Positions 28,382-32,000 of a stretch of DNA of 32,000 bases are shown here, in pieces. The stretch covers positions 1-32,000 of the forward strand of contig NZ_LWLG01000014.1 in NCBI RefSeq assembly GCF_001652585.1, given 5' to 3'. The number at the start of each line of letters is the position of its first letter. Within the stretch, counting starts at the first letter, position 1. The stretch comes from Thermosulfurimonas dismutans. GTDB lineage: Bacteria; Desulfobacterota; Thermodesulfobacteria; Thermodesulfobacteriales; Thermodesulfobacteriaceae. The position numbers were made by a program, and so were the translations under genes. A model generated the notes under the pieces. It was not told the origin of the DNA and did not search any database. It was given only the letters and a program-made list of their open reading frames with translations.

Positions 28382-29605
28382 CTATTTCCATTTGGTTATA
28401 GAAAAAAGAAAAACTTCTTCTCCTTCTATTAGAGCCTTTCCTATAAAAGGTTCTTTTGCGGACCTCCAGATCGTATTCGGGTCAACATTAATTAGTTTAT
28501 AGTCTTCCACTAAGACGACTAACCCTTTGTCGTTTTTCCATAATATTACTAATTTCTTTTCGCTGGTTAATGACTTGTTGGTTTTTATTCTTAGTTTTTT
28601 GAGTTCATGTTCTTCTTTTTCAGCCAGCTCACCTTGTAATTTAGGTTTTATTTTTCCAAAGAGCTGTTTGAGGAATCCTTTGCCTCTTAAAAGTTTTAAT
28701 GGGAATTGTCCCTCATGTAAATAAGGACGCCACCAATCTTCTATATCACTGGCGAAGGCAACTTCATCTATAGGTATTAGTATGGTCTTATTCAGAGTTT
28801 TGCAGAGGAGTCCCTCGTTTGCTTCTATTTTGATTTGACTTTTGGTTGTTTCTTCTTTTTGCTTGATAAACTCTTTTATCTCTTTTTCTCTTTCTCTTAG
28901 TTGTTTTTCGTAATCCTTGTTTAAAATTAATAGTGTTTTTTCTATTTCGTATTTGCTTTTTGTTAGCAACTTTTTTATAGCTCCTTTTTTGTTTCGGTCT
29001 AAAAGTTCTTCGATAGCTACTAATCTCTGATAATCTTTTAATAGTTGATTGATAAGAAGGTCGATCTTTGTTTGGTGTTCCCCTTTGGGAGATTCCTTGT
29101 GTGAAAAATCTTTAATAATTTCTTCAAGCTTACTCTGTTCTATTACTTCTTTTTCAATTTTAGCCTTGAACTCCTTTAGATCTTTTTCGATATCTTTGCC
29201 TTCAAAATTATAGGCATAAATAATGTTGCCTAATTGTTTCAAGTGATCTAATTTTTCCGGAGTAAGATTTGCGGGATGTTTAACCTCTTTCAAATAGGCT
29301 TCAAGGAGAGAGATGAGTTCTTGATTAGTGGCATCTAAAGATTGGGTCTTTAGTTTTTGGCATTTTTTAAGGGCCTTTTCGCTTATTTCTGGGACGATTT
29401 CCCACTCAAGAGTTAGGATTTCCCCTATCAGTTCTTCTAGATCCTTTTTGAGAGCTTCTTCTTCTCCCTCGGCAATAGGTTCGAGTAGCGAATAGGTTTC
29501 TATTTCTTCTTCTTTTAACTCCGTCTTTTTGGCTTCCTTAAATATTTTATCTAAGGCCTTTTCCACTTCTAATTCTAGATCTTGTATGTTTTCTTTTTCG
29601 CTCAT
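28382..29605 (-). CDS. Coiled-coil protein (K/E-rich) with a C-terminal globular domain of unknown family
   Basis: The 407-aa ORF has an AGGAG RBS (AGGAGAAAATAATG). Residues 1 to about 265 are heptad-like and K/E/L-rich. Residues about 265-407 switch to a beta-rich pattern (TILIPIDEVAF...KLLRGKG...KKLVILWKNDKGLVVLVEDYKLINVDP...FIGKALIEGEEVFLFSI). Its stop lies 8 nt before the ATPase start. Confidence 0.7.
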   Translation of the reverse strand: MSEKENIQDLELEVEKALDKIFKEAKKTELKEEEIETYSLLEPIAEGEEEALKKDLEELIGEILTLEWEIVPEISEKALKKCQKLKTQSLDATNQELISLLEAYLKEVKHPANLTPEKLDHLKQLGNIIYAYNFEGKDIEKDLKEFKAKIEKEVIEQSKLEEIIKDFSHKESPKGEHQTKIDLLINQLLKDYQRLVAIEELLDRNKKGAIKKLLTKSKYEIEKTLLILNKDYEKQLREREKEIKEFIKQKEETTKSQIKIEANEGLLCKTLNKTILIPIDEVAFASDIEDWWRPYLHEGQFPLKLLRGKGFLKQLFGKIKPKLQGELAEKEEHELKKLRIKTNKSLTSEKKLVILWKNDKGLVVLVEDYKLINVDPNTIWRSAKEPFIGKALIEGEEVFLFSITKWK

Positions 29606-29702
29606 TATTTTCTCCTAGGCAAACTATGCGATTTTGGTTTACGTCTCCGTTGGGGCTTTACCCCAAACCCCATGATTTTATCGCCCCAATTTTATCTTTA
29701 AC

Positions 29703-29734
29703 CCGAATTGAGCGTTCAGAATCGCTCAATTCGG
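29703..29734 (-). terminator. Perfect 12-bp hairpin immediately after the mglA stop (attenuator, stabiliser or partial terminator; no clear U-tract)
   Basis: CCGAATTGAGCG (29703..29714) pairs with CGCTCAATTCGG (29723..29734) around an 8-nt loop. A second hairpin, TTGGGG/CCCCAA, lies at 29650..29666, upstream of the next gene's RBS. Confidence 0.4.
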
Positions 29735-29735
29735 C

Positions 29736-30353
29736 CTAGTCACTATATTTAAGATATTTTTGGACTATATATCTTATACTCATTTTACTTATGGTTTTTA
29801 GGGTTTCAAAAACACCTATGCCTTTGGGAGCCACAGCTTCAAAGTAAGGGGCCTTGAGTTCCCGATTTAGATCTTCTTGTAATTCTTCTATGGTAAGAAT
29901 GGGGATACCTATTTCTCCGAGATCCCTTTTGTTATACTGAAAAACCAGGGGTATCTCATGAATATCTATGTTCCATTCTAAAAGATGTTCCTTTAGATCT
30001 TCAAGACTCTCCTTATTTTTCTCTCGGCGTATGCGAAGGGAATCTGCCACAAAGACTATGCCATCGACTCCTTTCAAAACGATCTTTCGGGCATACTTAT
30101 AGAGAGATTGCCCGGGAACAGTATAAAGCTGTAACCGGATATCTAGATCTTTTATTTTGCCCAGGCTTAGGGGTAAAAGATCAAAGAAGAGTGTTCTTTC
30201 TCCCTTGGTTTCAATGGTTAGAAGTTTCCCCCTAAATTTTTCCGGGAGAGAATTATATATGTAGAGAAGATTAGTGGTTTTCCCTGATCTTCCCGGACCA
30301 TAGTAAACTATTTTGCAGTATATTTCCTTTTTCTTGAGATCGATTAAGGCCAT
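29736..30353 (-). CDS. mglA: MglA-type Ras-like small GTPase
   Basis: The 205-aa ORF is collinear with Myxococcus MglA: KIVYYGPGRSGKTTNLLYIY (P-loop), GERTLFFDLLPLSLG (intrinsic Arg), LYTVPGQ (catalytic Gln), LKGVDGIVFVADS, QYNKRDL and AVAPKGIGVFETLK. Confidence 0.93.
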   Translation of the reverse strand: MALIDLKKKEIYCKIVYYGPGRSGKTTNLLYIYNSLPEKFRGKLLTIETKGERTLFFDLLPLSLGKIKDLDIRLQLYTVPGQSLYKYARKIVLKGVDGIVFVADSLRIRREKNKESLEDLKEHLLEWNIDIHEIPLVFQYNKRDLGEIGIPILTIEELQEDLNRELKAPYFEAVAPKGIGVFETLKTISKMSIRYIVQKYLKYSD

Positions 30354-30737
30354 TTATAATTCCTGGATTTGTTTGGCTAGTTGATTAGCTTTTAGACGTA
30401 CTAGCCCCAAAGGTACTTCGTCTGTAAATACTGTAACTAGAATTATATCGTCATTAATTTTGCTCAAGTGTATATTATCTTTTTTGCCCTTGTGATACAG
30501 AATGCTGAAATCGTCCTCGCCTAGAATTCTGGCGATCTGATTAGTAGCTCCGAAATTGGCAGCCGCCAGGGCCGCTAAAGAAGTGACATCTACATCTGCA
30601 TTTTTACCACTTGAGACTAAGATGTTTCCAGCTTCGTCTATCAAAAGAGCCAAGTTTACTCCAATGCTTAGTAAGTAGTTGCGAAGTAGTTTTTCTAGCC
30701 TAGACACCTTTTCTGGTGTGAGAACACGTATACCCAT
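30354..30737 (-). CDS. mglB: MglB-type Roadblock/LC7 domain protein (the cognate GAP of MglA)
   Basis: The 127-aa ORF contains LLIDEAGNILVSSG...VDVTSLAALAAANFGATNQIARILGEDDF...ILVTVFTDEVPLGLVRLKANQLAKQI. This parallels M. xanthus MglB (FLVDKNGQLISSAG...TTSLASLTAGNVAA...LGLVRLRIKKA). Its stop abuts the mglA start (TAAATG). Confidence 0.88.
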   Translation of the reverse strand: MGIRVLTPEKVSRLEKLLRNYLLSIGVNLALLIDEAGNILVSSGKNADVDVTSLAALAAANFGATNQIARILGEDDFSILYHKGKKDNIHLSKINDDIILVTVFTDEVPLGLVRLKANQLAKQIQEL

Positions 30738-31567
30738 TAGTAGACCTCTTATCCATTTAACACTTATCAGGATAATATGGATAATAGGAAAAAATCAAGT
30801 CCTTATTTTTCTATAGGAAAGGCGGTTAATGGTATGTAAGCTTTGAATTTGATGGAAAAACTTTCCTAAGCTTATGCATATTGGATGTTAATATGCCGGC
30901 CATGGATGCTTTAATCCTACTAAAAAACTTATGCTTAGGAAGCCGCTGCCCATCTTGAACACCCATTAATGGGGCGCTAAACACTAGATATTCGTGACCT
31001 AGAAATACCAAGTTTTTCAGCAGTTATTTGATGCCTGCCTTTTAATGACCCCCTGAATACGAAAAGCCGCGGTGAATCGGGTCTTGGTGATAAAAATGGG
31101 CGAGGCCTCTGGGCTATTCCTTTTACGCTATCGTAGAAGTTAAAGAAAGTTCTCCCGGACCGTCTTACCAAAGGTGAGGGAGAATAGTTATACAACTTCA
31201 AAGGAGAATCCATTAAAGTTGTGGTCCTTGACCCAAAGATTCTATAAGCCTCTCCTGTTGTTTGTTTGGAAGGCCGAGTTAGGGGGATGGCCTTTGGGGA
31301 GCTCCTTGGACAACAGGAGGCCTCTCTCAGGCCTTTCATGGAAAGCCTCAGAAGCTATAGTCCTTTTTTCGGACCGCCCAGGCTTTCTGGAAGGGACAAT
31401 AGTTTCGCCTTGGATTACATGATTTTCGAAAAGCTGACTTTTTTGTCAGGAAAAATCCTCGTAAAAGAAAGGTGGAAAAAGAAGCCTAGGGATTTAATTG
31501 CTTCTTAGATGAGCTTTTAAAATAGCTTTTTCTTCATTTAACCCTCTTTAATCCTCAAAAATTTTCC

Positions 31568-31597
31568 TTGACATTTGTATTAAAGAAATGCTAGGCT
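31568..31597 (+). promoter_or_regulatory. Candidate sigma70-type promoter for dsrA
   Basis: A perfect TTGACA lies at 31568..31573. After an 18-nt AT-rich spacer comes TAGGCT (TAnnnT) at 31592..31597. This would leave a roughly 45-nt leader carrying AAGGAGGGAG immediately upstream of the ATG. Confidence 0.45.
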
Positions 31598-31646
31598 CAA
31601 GGCTACCTATAGAAGTAGAAAAATCTGTTTGATTAAGGAGGGAGTG

Positions 31647-32000
31647 ATGGCTGAGATCAAAAAACACGATACACCGCTGTTAGAGGATCTTAAAGGCGGT
31701 CCCTGGCCCAGTTTTGTGGATGACATTTATTCTTATGCCGAAAAGCATCAGAAACAGGCCTGTTTCGACCTCATGGGACAGCTCGAGTTGTCTTACAAGC
31801 ACAAGGAGACCCACTGGAAGCACGGAGGTATCGTGGGAGTGTTTGGGTATGGTGGTGGTGTTATTGGTCGTTATTCCGACCAGCAGGAAAAGTTCCCGGC
31901 TATTTGGGCCTTTCATACCGTGCGTGTAAATCAGCCGGCCAGTAAGTGGTATCACACCTCGGCCCTTCGTAAGCTTTGCGAGATGTGGGATCACCGGGGT
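31647..32000 (+). CDS. dsrA: Dissimilatory sulfite reductase alpha subunit, N-terminal 118 codons (continues past the right edge)
   Basis: It is absent from the ORF track because it has no stop in the window. My translation is MAEIKKHDTPLLEDLKGGPWPSFVDDIYSYAEKHQKQACFDLMGQLELSYKHKETHWKHGGIVGVFGYGGGVIGRYSDQQEKFPAIWAFHTVRVNQPASKWYHTSALRKLCEMWDHRG. The blocks GPWPSFV, HWKHGGIVGVFGYGGGVIGRYSD and HTVRVNQP are hallmark DsrA N-terminal sequence. A strong RBS is present. Confidence 0.9.
   Translation, partial: MAEIKKHDTPLLEDLKGGPWPSFVDDIYSYAEKHQKQACFDLMGQLELSYKHKETHWKHGGIVGVFGYGGGVIGRYSDQQEKFPAIWAFHTVRVNQPASKWYHTSALRKLCEMWDHRG

Noticed and set aside
29640-29715. G-quadruplex from four G-runs in the mglA-downstream spacer (transcript sense)
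   Set aside because: Two of the three loops would be 12-14 nt, well beyond typical stable G4 loop lengths. Two of the G-runs are more simply explained as a stem arm of the 29650..29666 hairpin and the end of the 12-bp hairpin stem.
30826-31508. Four overlapping 61-120-aa ORFs between mglB and dsrA
   Set aside because: They are mutually exclusive and overlap one another. They have implausible composition (S/P/R-rich), no convincing RBS and no recognisable family. I treated the region as non-coding (see the finding for this spacer).

Overview
The window looks like a compact, moderately GC-rich chromosome of a thermophilic sulfate/sulfur-metabolising bacterium. This lineage guess is an inference from a dsrA start at the right edge and from pervasive overlapping start/stop codons. 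Most of it (about 2.7-26 kb) is ordinary housekeeping: eno, hldA, recA, recN, recJ, a PMM/PGM mutase, aroC, a GGDEF cyclase, murJ, ribBA-ribH, nusB, methyltransferases, and a GldA/GldF-GldG/DUF4340-type ABC system. Two visibly AT-rich accessory blocks stand out.

(1) Positions 1-2.7 kb hold an IS5/IS1182-type transposase abutting a truncated NERD gene. Next to it are two unknown genes, one carrying a C-terminal nucleoside-2-deoxyribosyltransferase/TIR-like domain. Each ORF in this block is punctuated by a copy of a conserved imperfect-palindromic repeat, giving a cassette-array-like (attC-like) organisation with no integrase in view.

(2) Positions 26-30.7 kb hold a four-gene minus-strand operon: mglB, mglA, a 407-aa coiled-coil protein, and a PilB/GspE-class ATPase with an N-terminal TPR-like extension. 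This wires a Ras-like polarity GTPase module directly to a secretion/pilus ATPase. It is my best candidate for an undescribed system.

Other notable points are a perfect 10-N8-10 palindrome over the divergent recA/recN promoters, with an apparently leaderless recN, and an ~830-bp structured non-coding spacer upstream of dsrA. I found no rRNA, tRNA or CRISPR array.
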